A stretch of DNA of 64,000 bases from NCBI GenBank assembly GCA_951406725.2, contig OX597827.1:60264001-60328000 (forward strand). The letters run 5' to 3'. The translations under genes were made by a program, and so were the position numbers. The DNA comes from Octopus vulgaris. Taxonomy: Eukaryota. This document shows positions 42,017-55,148 of the stretch, piece by piece (position 1 is the stretch's first letter; every line of letters begins with the position of its first letter). The notes below the pieces were generated by a model. It was not told the origin of the DNA, did no database searches, and was given only the letters and a program-made list of their open reading frames with translations.

Positions 42017-42531
42017 TTGTTGTCAACGGGCATGTGGCGTAGTGGTTAAGAGCGCGGGCTACTAACCCCAAGATTGTTGTCAACGGGCATGTGGCGTAGT
42101 GGTTAAGAGCGCGGGCTACTAACCCCAAGATTGTTGTCAACGGGCATGTGGCGTAGTGGTTAAGAGCGCGGGCTACTAACCCCAAGATTGTTGTCAACGG
42201 GCATGTGGCGTAGTGGTTAAGAGCGCGGGCTACTAACCCCAAGATTGTTGTCAACGGGCATGTGGCGTAGTGGTTAAGAGCGCGGCCTACTAACCCCAAG
42301 ATTGTTGTCAACGGGCATGTGGCGTAGTGGTTAAGAGCGCGGGCTACTAACCCCAAGATTGTTGTCAACGGGCATGTGGCGTAGTGGTTAAGAGCGCGGG
42401 CTACTAACCCCAAGATTGTTGTCAACGGGCATGTGGCGTAGTGGTTAAGAGTGCGGGCTACTAACCCCAAGATTGTTGTCAACGGGCATGTGGCGTAGTG
42501 GTTAAGAGTGCGGGCTACTAACCCCAAGATT
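42017..42531 (+). repeat. Nine 57-bp tandem units of flank plus tRNA-like half-head
   Basis: Unit TTGTTGTCAACGGGCATGTGGCGTAGTGGTTAAGAGCGCGGGCTACTAACCCCAAGA; CAACGGG at 42024+57n (n=0-8); one substitution in unit 5 and a C/T variant shared by units 8-9. Confidence 0.97.
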
Positions 42532-42896
42532 CCGTGTTCGATTCCAGGCAGTGACCTTAATAATAATAATAATAACAACAACATCAAAAAATACCTTAGG
42601 AATGAGAACCCAGGTTCGAAATTTCCCCAAGACACCTGATGAAGGCTGGAGGGTATATCAACCGTTGTGTTAACTACATCGTTGTGTTAACTACAAACAA
42701 GATGAGAACAAATATCCGTCAAATAGGCGTAGGAGTGGCTGTGTGGTAAGTAGCTTGCTTACCAACCACATGGTTCTGGGTTCAGTCCCACTGCGTGGCA
42801 CTTTGGGTAAGTGTCTTCTACTATAGCTTCGGGTCGTCCAAAGCCTTGTGAGTGGATCTGGTAGACGGAAACTGAAAGAAGCCCGTCGTATATATG

Positions 42897-42936
<40 letters not shown>

Positions 42937-43166
42937 TATGTGTGTAAAAGTTTATGTTGTCCCCCCAACATCACTTGACAACCGATGCTGGTGTGTTTAC
43001 GTCCCGTAACTTAGCGGTTCGGCACCGATAGAATAAGTACTAGGCTTACAAAGAATAAGTTCTGGGGTCGATTTGCTCGACTAAAGGCGGTACTCCAGCA
43101 TGGCCGCAGTCACATGACTGAAACAAGTAAAAGAGTAAATATAAATAATGTAAATAATGTAAATAA
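42484..43166 (+). mobile_element. tRNA-headed SINE-like element with a hammerhead-like 3' domain, interrupted by SINE A
   Basis: A box TGGCGTAGTGG, anticodon-like arm GGG-CTACTAA-CCC, B box GTTCGATTCC, (AAT)n linker, GACAC-CTGATGA-A-GGCTG..CAACC-[GAAAC absent]-GTT-GTGTT, (TAAATAATG)3 tail; TGTCAAC on both flanks (42477-42483 and 43167-43173). Confidence 0.7.
42726..43136 (+). mobile_element. SINE family A, full length
   Basis: GGCGTAGGAGTGGCTGTGTGG through AAACAAGTAAAAGAGT. Confidence 0.92.
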
Positions 43167-43209
43167 TGTCAACGCCGGTGTTATGACTTATATAATCTTG
43201 GTGCACGAG

Positions 43210-43460
43210 GGGGCAAGTGGATGCATGGAATAGTGGTCAAGGGTGTTTGTCACTCACGATCGCCAGATCGTTGTTTCATTTCCTGGACTGAATGGTGTGT
43301 TGTGTCCTTCAGCAAAAAAAAATACTTTATTTCACGTTGCTCTGCGTTTACTTCGACTCCTGACATATGGTACACCGTGCACCTGTTCAGGTAACATCGA
43401 TTTGATGGAGGGAGTGAGCCAATGTACAGCAAATGCAACTAATCACTATAAACAAACCAC
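43210..43460 (+). mobile_element. SINE family C, decayed
   Basis: Reverse-complement match to 1-211. Confidence 0.6.
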
Positions 43461-43624
43461 TTGTGCAAGTCAATCAGCAAGAAATTGTAGAAATTGTAGA
43501 ACCGTCTTTCTTGGACTGCGGGAGACTACTATCATCATCAGCAGCATCATCGTCATCTCCAACATCATCATCATCAGCGTCATCAACATCACCTCAGGCA
43601 TTTCCGTCTCAAAGTATTTAGACA

Positions 43625-43961
43625 CAGCCCCACCTTTTGTCATGACTGACCGTAGGATTGCACCTAGAAAGTCACCTTCCCAGGCACAAGTGCGGGCAAG
43701 GTTGTTTACGGAAGACCAGCAGTCGCCCATGCATACCGGCCGCCCCTCTCCAAGCCACCGATTTTATCCAAGGGAAAGGCAAAGGAGCCGATACAGCTTG
43801 GCATCAGGGACGTCGCAACTCATTTCTACAGCTGAGTGAACTGGATCAACGTGAAATAAAGTGCCTTGCTCAAGAACAATACGCAGCCCGGTCCGGGATT
43901 CGAACTCACAACCTCAAGATCGTAAACTCGACGCTCTAACCACTGAACCATGCGCCTTCAC
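43625..43961 (-). mobile_element. tRNA-derived CORE-like SINE (same family as 62430-62733)
   Basis: Minus-strand head GTGAAGGCGCATGGTTCAGTGGTTAGAG, B box GAGTTCGAATCCC, TTCTTGAGCAAGGCACTTTATTTCACG. Confidence 0.8.
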
Positions 43962-44358
43962 ACCGTCTCAAATAAGAATGAATCAAGCTTATAATTCTTT
44001 CTCATTCTCGTACAAGGCCAGCGATTTTGATGGGAGGGCTAAGTCAATTACATCGACCCACCAATGCTCAACTGGTGCTTATTTTATCGACACTGAAAAA
44101 ATGAAAGGCAAAATTCTCTCGAAGTTTCTAAACTCTTATGACTTCGACAAGTTCAAAGTTCATATTCAATAAAGAGATACATTTCAACGGAACACCTACA
44201 CTACCACCACCACCATCTTCGTCGGTCTATTTAGTTCTAAGTGAGCAACGTAGAGCACAAAAGTGTCATTGCTTTCGGCTTATCTGGTAGAGAAATCAGA
44301 CAGCCAAATCACCCTCAAATCAGGTTCTGTCGTCTTAAAAAGTGGCGTTTATTATATA

Positions 44359-45683
44359 CGAGAGTCGGCTATAAAGTTTATAGGCTGACCAAAGGTACTC
44401 TCATGGAATGTGACCAAATGAGGGTTATTTTTCAACACAATCCTCCATGCGGTCAACACGTTTCTTCCATCAGTCTTACAATTGTAATCAGTCTCCATTG
44501 GTGAAGAAGTTTTTATCCTGTTGGTCATAAAAGTTATCAACAGTAAATATGACGTCATATTTACTGCGATACTGGTTCCCAGTCAAGTATTTTCTTTTCT
44601 TTTTTTTTCATATTGGGTAACAGCTGATAGTTGGTTGGAGCCAATTCGGAGGAATAGGGAGAGTGATCAACCAGTTGAAAGGCACGGTTACGCACAGCAG
44701 CCACTGAAACCAAGGCTTTGATGAAATCAGACCCCTTTCGTCAGTTTTCCTGGGCGTTTGGTCTTGATAGCATTTCGTAACTGCCTCAGTAAGTTGGCAT
44801 AGTACTTTGAAGGATCGTTAGCCTCAAATCGCCGGGTCTGGTCGGCGTTTGTGAGAGATGCAGCATTGGGGATGAATGAAACCAGCTCAACCCACCCCGG
44901 ATGAATGCTGCTCAAGTCAAGTCAAGTCATAGTACTTTCCATTGATGGTGTGGCCCTTTTAAAAATAGTCAATTGACACAGTGCCTTTTGCATCCAAAAT
45001 AACTGAGGCCATCACCTTTTCTGCAGATGAAACGACTTTGGCTTTCCCTGGAGCAGATGAAGAAAGGTGTTTCAATTGCGTGGAATGTCTCTTTGTCTCT
45101 GGCTCAAAGTGATGAAGCCAACACTTTGAAAGTTTGGGTTAGGAAACTTTTAAGAAAACCAGCTGGTTCTGCCTCAAACAATGTCTGGTTTTCCGGTGAG
45201 GTAATCATCCTGGGATATACTCATAGCATTGGTTATTTGATTTATAGTCAATTACCTGTCATCCATCAGCATGTGGTGAACACGTTCAATGTTTCCCTCG
45301 ATGGTGACAATTACAGGCCGTCAAGACATTGGGTCATCTTCAAGACTCTCCCTTTCCCTTCCTAAATTCAGCTGCCCATTTTTGCACTGTTGATAAAGCT
45401 GGAGTGTTATCACCTAATATAGCAACCATGTCAGCATTAATGTCGGCGAGAACTAAACTGTTTCTCTCCAAGTACTTCATAACATCACGATGCCAAATTT
45501 TGTCGATTTTCAAGAGACTAGTCACTAGTTCCTAATGAAGTCTTTGAACGGTCGAATTTCAGTTTACCTGGAAAGAAAGAATACAGATATAAATAAGAAG
45601 AGTTAAAATAAATGCACGCACGATTTCACATCTCCAGCATCACTCCTTCATAGACAGCCTAAGAACTTTCCAGTTCAACCTCG
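44359..45683 (-). mobile_element. Near full-length decayed mariner element
   Basis: TA|CGAGAGTCGGCTATAAAGTT..ATAGGCTG and CAGCCTAAGAACTTTCCAGTTCAACCTCG|TA ends; minus strand LSTVQKWAAEFRKG, WLHHFEPETKR, KVMASVILDAKG, YYANLLRQLRNAIKTKRPGKL. Confidence 0.88.
44809..44927 (+). mobile_element. 5'-truncated RTE 3' end inserted in the mariner element
   Basis: 11-bp TSD CATAGTACTTT (44798-44808 and 44928-44938); (CAAGT)3 tail; similar to 32900-33020. Confidence 0.85.
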
Positions 45684-46019
45684 TAAAAGAGATATACCAG
45701 GAAAGTTTTGAAATAAAAAAAAATCCGAAATCAATGGTTTGAAAGGGAGAAACAAATCCTCAAATTACAAACCTAGCCCTAACGTTTGCGAGAGAATGAA
45801 CTCCATTAAAGATACCCGAGGCCTGTGTGATGGCATTAAGTCGGAAAACAGATTTGAGTTAAAGATCCAAGAACTCAGAATTCAGAGAAATGGAACTTAC
45901 CACAGGCAACATGTCCAATGTTCTGACGATTCAGCCAATCTCTTATCCTCGAACTAGTTCTTCATTTTATCAAATTTGGCATCGGTGGGATTTGAAGTCA
46001 GAGGCAGGGGTAAAAATAT

Positions 46020-46510
<491 letters not shown>

Positions 46511-46795
46511 CATGGTAGTCTCTTGTAGTCCGAGAAAGACGGTTCTGCAATTTACAGTAGAACAACCTTTAACAAATGATTCGCTTAGAGTGATCATATG
46601 TTTTTTCTGTATATTATTACCTCAATCCTTCCATCAAGACGACTTTACCTGTGCAAATGCACAACTGTACGACGTGTCAGACGTCGAAGTGATTGCCCGA
46701 TAACATGAGATGAAGTATTTTGCCCAAGAACACCCCATCTGGTCCATGTATTGAAAGCGCAAACGGACACATACATACATACATACACAGAGCTT

Positions 46796-46886
<91 letters not shown>

Positions 46887-47625
46887 ACGATGATGAATAT
46901 GTTTGGCTAATTGACTAACGTCAACAAGAAGTATTTAGGTATACAGAATTAAAACAAAGCTCAATTATATATATATATATATACATATATTATTGAGTAT
47001 GTTTAATTTTCTACCTATGTGCTCTTCCGCATCTGTTTTCTTTGCAATGCTATTTTCTTAAACCACCCCAATCACTTCACCCATATACACAGACACACAC
47101 ACACACACACACACATTCCACTATATTGCCACACCACACACACACACACACACTCTCTCTCTCTCCCTCTCTCCCTCTCTCTCTCCCTCTATCTTTCCTC
47201 AAAGCTACCACCATAACCAACAGACACCATTTCCACATCTCAATTACTAGGAACAACCATGCTTTTTATCTATCGTTAGTTAAGGCGGGTTTTCAGTATA
47301 GGCAATGGATTATTTACGATACGGAGAAGATGTGTTTGGGAGAGGGATGTAAAACAGGGTTACATGGGGGGGAGGGGAAACCGTGGATAGAGTGGGTCCT
47401 AGTTTGCGCAAAGTGGGTGTAGGGCTGATACAGAGAGGGGTGACGGAGAGATTTTGTCGGATAGTGTTATGTTTCAAAAGTGATTTAATTGGACTGAGCG
47501 GTTCGTTATAAAACGTTTATACTATTTTAATGCGGAGATTTTTATACAAAAGACTGGACGAAAGAATGCTTCGTCACGCATGCGCACGTACCTACATAGT
47601 TATGTATGAGTGTTGATATATTCAC

Positions 47626-47666
<41 letters not shown>

Positions 47667-47810
47667 TGTATGCATATATGTATATATGTTTATACATATG
47701 TGTGTGTATATTTATGCGTGTATCTATGTATATAAACATGCGTGTTTGATTGCGCGCACATATGTGTGCATGTATACATATGTGTGTGTGTCTGTGTCTA
47801 TGAGTTTGTT

Positions 47811-47847
<37 letters not shown>

Positions 47848-48186
47848 GTTTATGTACGTATGTAAATATATATACATACGTCTATGTATGTGTATGTATA
47901 CACATATATATATAGATATACACGCACATACATGTAGCTGCAAACAATCACAAATATATATGCATATGTGTGTGTGTGCGTGTGCGAGCGCGCGCTGTGT
48001 GTATGTGCGTGTGTGCGTGTGTGTATAACTATGAATCTGTGTGTGCATGCGTGTGTATAAATACATATATACTTATATACACACATGTGTATGTATAAGC
48101 ATATAGATATGTATATGTATGTAAACACATACATACCTATGCATATATTTATGCATATGTGTATTTCTGTGCTTGTTTTTCTGTGC

Positions 48187-48220
<34 letters not shown>

Positions 48221-48654
48221 AGAGTGAGAGAGAGAGAGAGAGAGACAGAGAGAGACAGAGAGAGAGGGGGGGCTGTTTATTTGTTAAATACACGTATTTA
48301 TACAACTTTGTGAATTAGTAACAAGATAGTGTGCGAACCTGTTAAAACCATTCTCACTCAACAAATAAGGAAGTATAGCGAACGCGAATACATTACATAT
48401 ATGTATGTATATTTAACTGATATTTTCGTGTATGTACATGTATGCATGTATGCATGTATGTATGTATGTGTGTATGTGTGTATGTATGTATGTATGTATG
48501 TATGTATTTATGTATGTATGTATGCATGTATGTGTATGTGCGTTTGTGTGTGTATACATGCGTTTGTGGACATAAAGATGTATATGTGTATGGTTTGCGA
48601 ATATATGGACAGTTGTATAAACATAGCTACGTATACAGGGTATGCTTATATCTG

Positions 48655-48722
<68 letters not shown>

Positions 48723-48779
48723 CATGCATACATACGTACATACATATGTGTACATATATATATATATATATAAATATAT

Positions 48780-48836
<57 letters not shown>

Positions 48837-49155
48837 TATACACATATATATATATATTCATATGTGCATATATATAAATATACATATATACATATATGAA
48901 TGTATATAATGCCTGTATGATTATGCGTATAATTAATGTGCATAATGCATACGTACATGTGTGTGTGAGTGTGTGTGCGTGTGTGTGTGTGTGTGTATGC
49001 GTGTGTGTGTGCGTGTGTGTGTACACGTATGCATTTATGAAACAACAACTTTAGAAACGCCAAGAACCAAGTATTTTTACATTTGGTGTTAAGGAATTAA
49101 GTGTCGATAATGAGGTAACGATATAATTAAATGTTTAGGAGTAAAAGATTAGTGA

Positions 49156-49241
<86 letters not shown>

Positions 49242-49284
49242 GAAATAATACGGCCTCCTTGTTGAAACATATTTAACTATGATA

Positions 49285-49434
49285 TTCTTTTGTTTCAGTG
49301 ATTTGACCGCGGCCATACTGGGGCATCCCCTTGAAAGGTTTTTTTTTTCAGTCGAAGAAATCCCTCCAAGACTTATTTCTTAAGCCTAGCACTTATTCTA
49401 TCAGTCTCTTTTGCCGAACCACAAACAAAAAGAT

Positions 49435-49515
<81 letters not shown>

Positions 49516-49700
49516 TACACACAAACATACACACACAGATATATATATATATATAGGGTTTTCAGTTTCCATATACCAAATCCACTCATGAGGCTTTGGT
49601 CGTCCCGAGGCTATTGTAGAAGACTTTTACCCAAGCTGCCACGCAGTAGGACTGAACCCCGAACCATGTAGTTGGGAACCAAGCTTCTTGCGGCACAAGC
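49285..49700 (-). mobile_element. SINE family A, diverged
   Basis: TTGTTTCAGTGATTTGACCGCGGCCATACTGG...ACCAAATCCACTCATGAGGCTTTGGTCG. Confidence 0.8.
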
Positions 49701-50519
49701 TTCTTGTTGTAAGCATAAACTTCAATTCCCAGTCCCATTTATAAATAAGGTGGCTCTAACTACAATATTCCATGTTTTGAGGACACGTCCATTTAACAAT
49801 CTTCTCGTCTTCCAGCGAATTGTGATATGTAAGCAATGTTCTGTGTGTCAACAGATGTGAATGAACGTATATTTTATTCTTATCAGCTCTCCAAATTATT
49901 TGCAGTGAGTCCGTATATATCCCTTCGATACCATCTATGGTTGATATATTTGTTCTGTATATTAACTTTTAGAGAGGTACGATCCTCTAAGTGGGCTGTT
50001 TGAGAGGTTATACAGTTACAAGTTTGTTGTAGGAGTAAGACCTGGTTTGTTGGCTTGTCATAGAAAATTGTATGGAATCTTGGAAGTAATATTCCCCATG
50101 CAAGAAACAATACTACGCACACAAGCAATATTACCTATAGAGGACTTCAAAGTTACGCATGTTGAAGGATTTGTGATATCTGTTTTACTGAAATAAGGGA
50201 TCGTATTCGGTATGCAATAAAGTTTCCGGCTATGTTGGTGATAACACTTAAATTTATTTTAATGACGGATTGAACCAAATCATTTTCCTCTTCCTGTTTT
50301 TTTTTTCCTTTCTTTTTTACTTGATGAATCTGCAGGAAAGGATACTATCCATAATCTTTGCAGGCTATTATAGACTACTGAGACTGATGCCATTAAGGTT
50401 CTGTTTTTACTTTCGTAAATCACTACTTTCGGGAAAGACCCGAACAGAGAATAAAATCCAGAAGACCGACGTTCTGAGAAAGAATGACTGGGCATACTAA
50501 TTAGCGAGGTTGTCTGGGG

Positions 50520-50720
50520 CTGTGGTTTTCAACCAGGGTTCCGCCAGTACAGTCCAGGGGTTCCGCAAGAAGTTACAAAACTGCTAAAATCGGCAGTAAT
50601 TTTTAATTCTCCTGTGCAGATATGTGTGCATAAGACTATTAAATTATTACACAGGGGTTCCTCGAGCCAGTGGAATGTTTCCTTGGGGTTCCGCTCCAGC
50701 AAAAAGTTTGAAAAGCACTG
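50520..50720. mobile_element. hAT (Charlie-like) MITE
   Basis: TIRs CTGTGGTTTTCAACC and GTTTGAAAAGCACTG; 8-bp TSD GTCTGGGG/GTCTGGGA; internal GGGGTTCC motifs. Confidence 0.8.
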
Positions 50721-51097
50721 GTCTGGGAAATTATATACAAGAAGGGTGCTAGAAGGATGAGAAGTGAGTAGCACGAGAATACTTGTGGGAGGTGGAATGA
50801 GCCTAGTGAGTTCCGAAGACTAAAGGCCATTATAGAACCAATGGAAATGGCAGAGAAAGTACACTCGTGGACCTGAAACTGAAGTATATGCATGTATGAT
50901 GTGATTTATGCCAACTTGTCGCTTGGTCCTTTCATGGATGCGGGTTTGGATGTCTGAATGTTCGGCTGTTCCCTTGTGAGTTGGGGTATCTCCCTTCTAT
51001 ACCGGTTTCTCACTAAAGCCCCTTCTTTTTAATATATCATTGTAACAAAGAGCTATTGAAAATATCTCTACCGTAGAATAGATTATGTTACCCAGGG

Positions 51098-51482
51098 TAC
51101 TTTTACTTAAGCCCTTCACTCCCTCTGGAACATAAGCCTCCAGCGACTTTTCTCCACTGTTCTCGACGCTGGGCCGCGTTTCAGGGCTAGTTCTTTATCA
51201 TGGGTGCACTTTCATTTGTGTGCATGGCCCTGAGGAAAGGCCTTCTTCTCGCAAGTTTTGTTGGTTTTGAATTGTTATCGTTGCCTCTGTAACTCTGTTA
51301 TTTTTTCCTTGATAGGAATATTGGCTCGACGCAAACCCCTTTTTACCTCATGGAGGAGTGATCCATATTAGTATGGCTTTTTGACCTATCCAACATGAGG
51401 GACTCTACTAGGAGGTTGCACTGCGTTCAAATAGCTCTCAGAGTCACTGAGGCACACCAGCCACCTCACCGCAACAAAGTAT
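51098..51482 (-). mobile_element. Internally deleted (bipartite) RTE element: 5' UTR joined to the 3' end
   Basis: Minus-strand 5' end CTTTGTTGCGGTGAGGTGGCTGGTGTGCCTCAGTGACTCTGAGAGCTAT resembles BovB/Expander 5' UTRs; the 3' end encodes AAQRREQWRKVAGGLCSRGSEGLK*. Confidence 0.7.
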
Positions 51483-51734
51483 GGACCAGAGTAACTCACC
51501 CTTATTTTACGTGGCAGGTAGAGATTTGGGTACTCCATGCAGATCAAATGATCACCTAAGCCCGACAGAAGGAGGTGCAATTATCATGATTTCTTTTCAG
51601 GCCCTTTCAGACTACCTGTTAGATTAAAGTGCTTCCAAATTTTGTTTCAGCACGAGCTGAACGACGAATGCATGATATCTGTGTGTGCCTTTGTATCTTT
51701 GTATATTATACATATATATCTCTATGCATATATA

Positions 51735-51964
51735 TTTCTTTACTACCCACAAGGGGCTAAACACAGAGGGGACAAACAAGGACAGACAAAGGGATTAAGT
51801 CGATTACATCGACTCCAGTGCGTAACTGGTACTTAATTTATCGACCCCGAAAGGATGAAAGGCAAAGTCGACCTCGGCGGAATTTGAACTCAGAACGTAA
51901 CGACAGACGAAGTACGGCTACGCATTTCGCCTGGCTTGCTAACGTTTCTGCCAGCTCGCCGCCT
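51735..51964 (-). mobile_element. SINE family B, full length
   Basis: Reverse complement of 2405-2632. Confidence 0.9.
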
Positions 51965-51997
51965 TATGCATGTATGCTTGCATGTAACCAAGTACGC

Positions 51998-52053
51998 CGT
52001 CCTGTACCCATATATGCATATATATATATATATTATCATTATCATCATCATCA

Positions 52054-52148
<95 letters not shown>

Positions 52149-52815
52149 TAACTGAACGCGACGCATCTATTTCCAAGTAAGTTTATCTTCCCCTTTTTGA
52201 TGCGACTCTACTCTGTACTGTTTTCTTCCTCCATCCTTCTCTAATCCCCTTTTTCTCCCCTCTTTCTTTCACCGTTTTCTATCTGTCTATCTCTCTCTCT
52301 CTTCCCCTTTTTTCTTTTCTCTCTTTCGTTACTCACACGTTGCTCATCGTCCATCTTTCCTCTCCTCAGGCGACCATCTTTCTGTTTCTGCACGGACGTT
52401 CAACAGATTGAACTTTTTCTTCGCTCCCTCTTCTATCTTTTCTCTTTGCAAAGAAAATATTTCTTCCAGCGTTCACTATTTTACCCCTCGTTCTGGTCAA
52501 ACGACCCTCCATGTGTCTTTTCGTTCGGTTTCCTTGTATGTCTCCACTGTCATGTTTTTGTTCCCAACTTTGACCCTCCATAAATTCTAAATTTTATTTT
52601 AGAATTTATGGGAGCAACTGTCTTTAAAAACTCATATTGTCGCTGAATGCTCGAAATGAGGAGTAGATAAACAATCGATAATTGATGAAGGGTCGTTCTT
52701 GTGTTTACTTGACTTGTTTTCCATTTTTTCTCTCTAGTTGTTTGCGTATTTAACTCCTTTGTTTTCGTACTTCATGTTGTTTACACAGTTGGTGACGTCC
52801 TGTACCCATACATAT
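51998..52815 (+). mobile_element. Family E-related tandem partial copies
   Basis: GTCCTGTACCCATA at ~51999 and ~52797; GAACGCGACGCATCTATTTCCAAGTAAGTTT; GGAGTAGATAAAC..TTGATGAAGGG. Confidence 0.55.
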
Positions 52816-52992
52816 ATATATATATTATTACTATTTATATATATATAGAGAGAGAGAGAGAGAAAGAGAGAGAAAGAGAAGAGGAAGCGTTTAGGTCAAT
52901 ATTTTGTTTTATTTTGCTTACTTCGCGTCACCATTAAACTAATTTAAATGAACTGATAAGCTTGGCCTGCTTTGATTTTTTTACCTTTTTTA

Positions 52993-53109
<117 letters not shown>

Positions 53110-53140
53110 ATATGTATTATGTATTATGTATGTATATATG

Positions 53141-53174
<34 letters not shown>

Positions 53175-53535
53175 TGTATGTATGTATGTATGTATGTATG
53201 TATGTATGTATAAACATGAATATATATATATATATATATATATAAATATATATTAGCAGTAGTAATGAACAAATGAAACAGTACTCGATACCATTTAAGT
53301 AAACTATTGATCTTATTCGATCAACCGAAACCAGCACTGGTGACTTACTGTTAGTTTCCGTGCGTACGAGTCACGCTTTTCGCCCAATCGCTACGTCGGA
53401 AAAAACTTCAAAACAAACAACGTTAATTGGATAGCAACAGAAGTCTCGTTTTGATCCCGCGTTATTATTGATTGATTGATTGATTGTAGTTATTGTTGTT
53501 GTTGTTATTGTCGTCGTTGTCGTTGATGATGTTGC

Positions 53536-53576
<41 letters not shown>

Positions 53577-53642
53577 CTTTTTATCCCTAAGTGAGGCCAG
53601 ATTCAGCAGACCCTTTATTAAAGGTTTTCTCTCTCCGGACTT

Positions 53643-54300
53643 GGCGTAGGAGTGGCTGCGTGGTAAGTAGTTTGCTTTCGAACCACATGCTTCCGGATTC
53701 AGTCCCACTGCGTGGCACCTTGGGCAAGTGTCTTCTGCTATAGCCTCGGGCCGACCAAAGCCTTGTGAGTGGATTTGGTAGGCGGAAACTGAAAGAAGCC
53801 CGTAGTATATATGTATATATATATATATATAGGCGGCGAGCTGGCAGAAACGTTAGCGTGCCGGGCGAAATGCTTAGCAGTATTTCGTGTGTCGTTATGT
53901 TCTGAGTTCAAATTCCGCCGAGGTCGACTTTGTCTTTCATCCTTTCGGGGTCGATAAATAAAGTACCAGTTTCGCACTGGGGTCGATGTAATCGACTTAA
54001 CCCCTTTGTCTGTTCTTGTTTGTCCCCCTCTGTGTGTAGCTCCTTGTGGGCAATAAAGAAATATATATATATATGTGTATGTGTGTGTATATGTTTGCCC
54101 CCCGCCCCTCACAACATCGCTTTACAACTGATGCTGGTGTGTTTACGTCCCCGTAACTTAGCGGTTCGGCAAAAGAGACCTATAGAATATGTACTAGGCT
54201 TACAAAGAATAATTCCTGGGATCGATTTGCTCGACTAAAGGCGGTGCTTCAGCTTGGCCACAGTCAAATGACAGAAACGAGTAAAAAGAGTAAAAGAGAG
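53643..54300 (+). mobile_element. SINE family A with nested SINE B (53832-54062)
   Basis: Same nesting pattern as 2263-2886, within the internal (TA)n. Confidence 0.9.
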
Positions 54301-54778
54301 TAAGAGACAAAATAAGACCGATATCCGATATTTTGGGTTCGATTTCATGCATTTAAAACTACATCATCCGATATGTTCTTACATCTTTAAGATTGAAGCG
54401 TATGATTTGAAGGACATTTGGCTGTTATTTCAAGCAGTTCAAACGTCCATGTAGAAAGAATCACTCAAAATCTCTCATGGTGTAACTTAGACATTCTTAA
54501 TAAATTGTTGTTGTTTCACCCAAAGTCAGCTCTGCTTTATGATCCATCAAACATTATTAAAGGCCTTCCAGGCGTGACCATTTCGAATTTTTATTCGCAC
54601 AAAAATGTGTCTCGAATCACCGGCGATGAATTGGCTGAATCTTTAGAGCGTCTAGAAAAATTATTTCTGATATCTTTCCCAAATTCTGGGCCCTGTAAAA
54701 GAACTCGGAAGGCTGAGCCTCCAGATAAGCCTTTCGCAACACCCTTAAAGCCAGGAACTTTTTCAGCACCTTCTGTGC

Positions 54779-54863
<85 letters not shown>

Positions 54864-54919
54864 CATACATATATATACATACATACACACGCACGCGCGC
54901 ACACACGCACACATGCACA

Positions 54920-55148
54920 CGAGAGAATGCTGAAAAGTTCCTGGCTTTGGATAAAAGAAAATACAGGAGGATCAGTTACTTATGATTTTATTCAACGTTT
55001 ACCCCTTTCAGATTCACACACTTATTGCAGTGGTCCTTCAGTTTTTCTAAGCCCTGTAAAAGAATTCGGAAGACTGGTCCACCAGACTCGACATTCGCGC
55101 GATCCCTTTTAGATACCCTTAAAGCCAGGAAATTTTCAGCACCCTTCG
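54920..55148. mobile_element. mariner-derived MITE (partial second copy at 54690-54780)
   Basis: TIRs CGAGAGAATGCTGAAAAGTTCCTGGCTTT and AAAGCCAGGAAATTTTCAGCACCCTTCG|TA; minus-strand core GLEKLKDHCNKCVNLKGVNVE*. Confidence 0.8.

Noticed and set aside
42017-42531. CRISPR array
   Set aside because: Contiguous near-identical units with no unique spacers, no cas genes, and a eukaryotic context.
42484-42556. Functional tRNA-Ser(ACT) gene
   Set aside because: No proper acceptor stem or long variable arm, and it continues into a SINE-like body.
41835-42635. 266-aa repeat protein ORF
   Set aside because: Open only because the 57-bp unit is a multiple of three; it is antisense to a tRNA-derived head.
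53257-53350. Degenerate hammerhead (GAAA-CCAG-CA-CTGG-TG, CAGTAGT/ACTTACTG)
   Set aside because: The CTGANGA core is absent and the cleavage triplet is wrong; too decayed to support.
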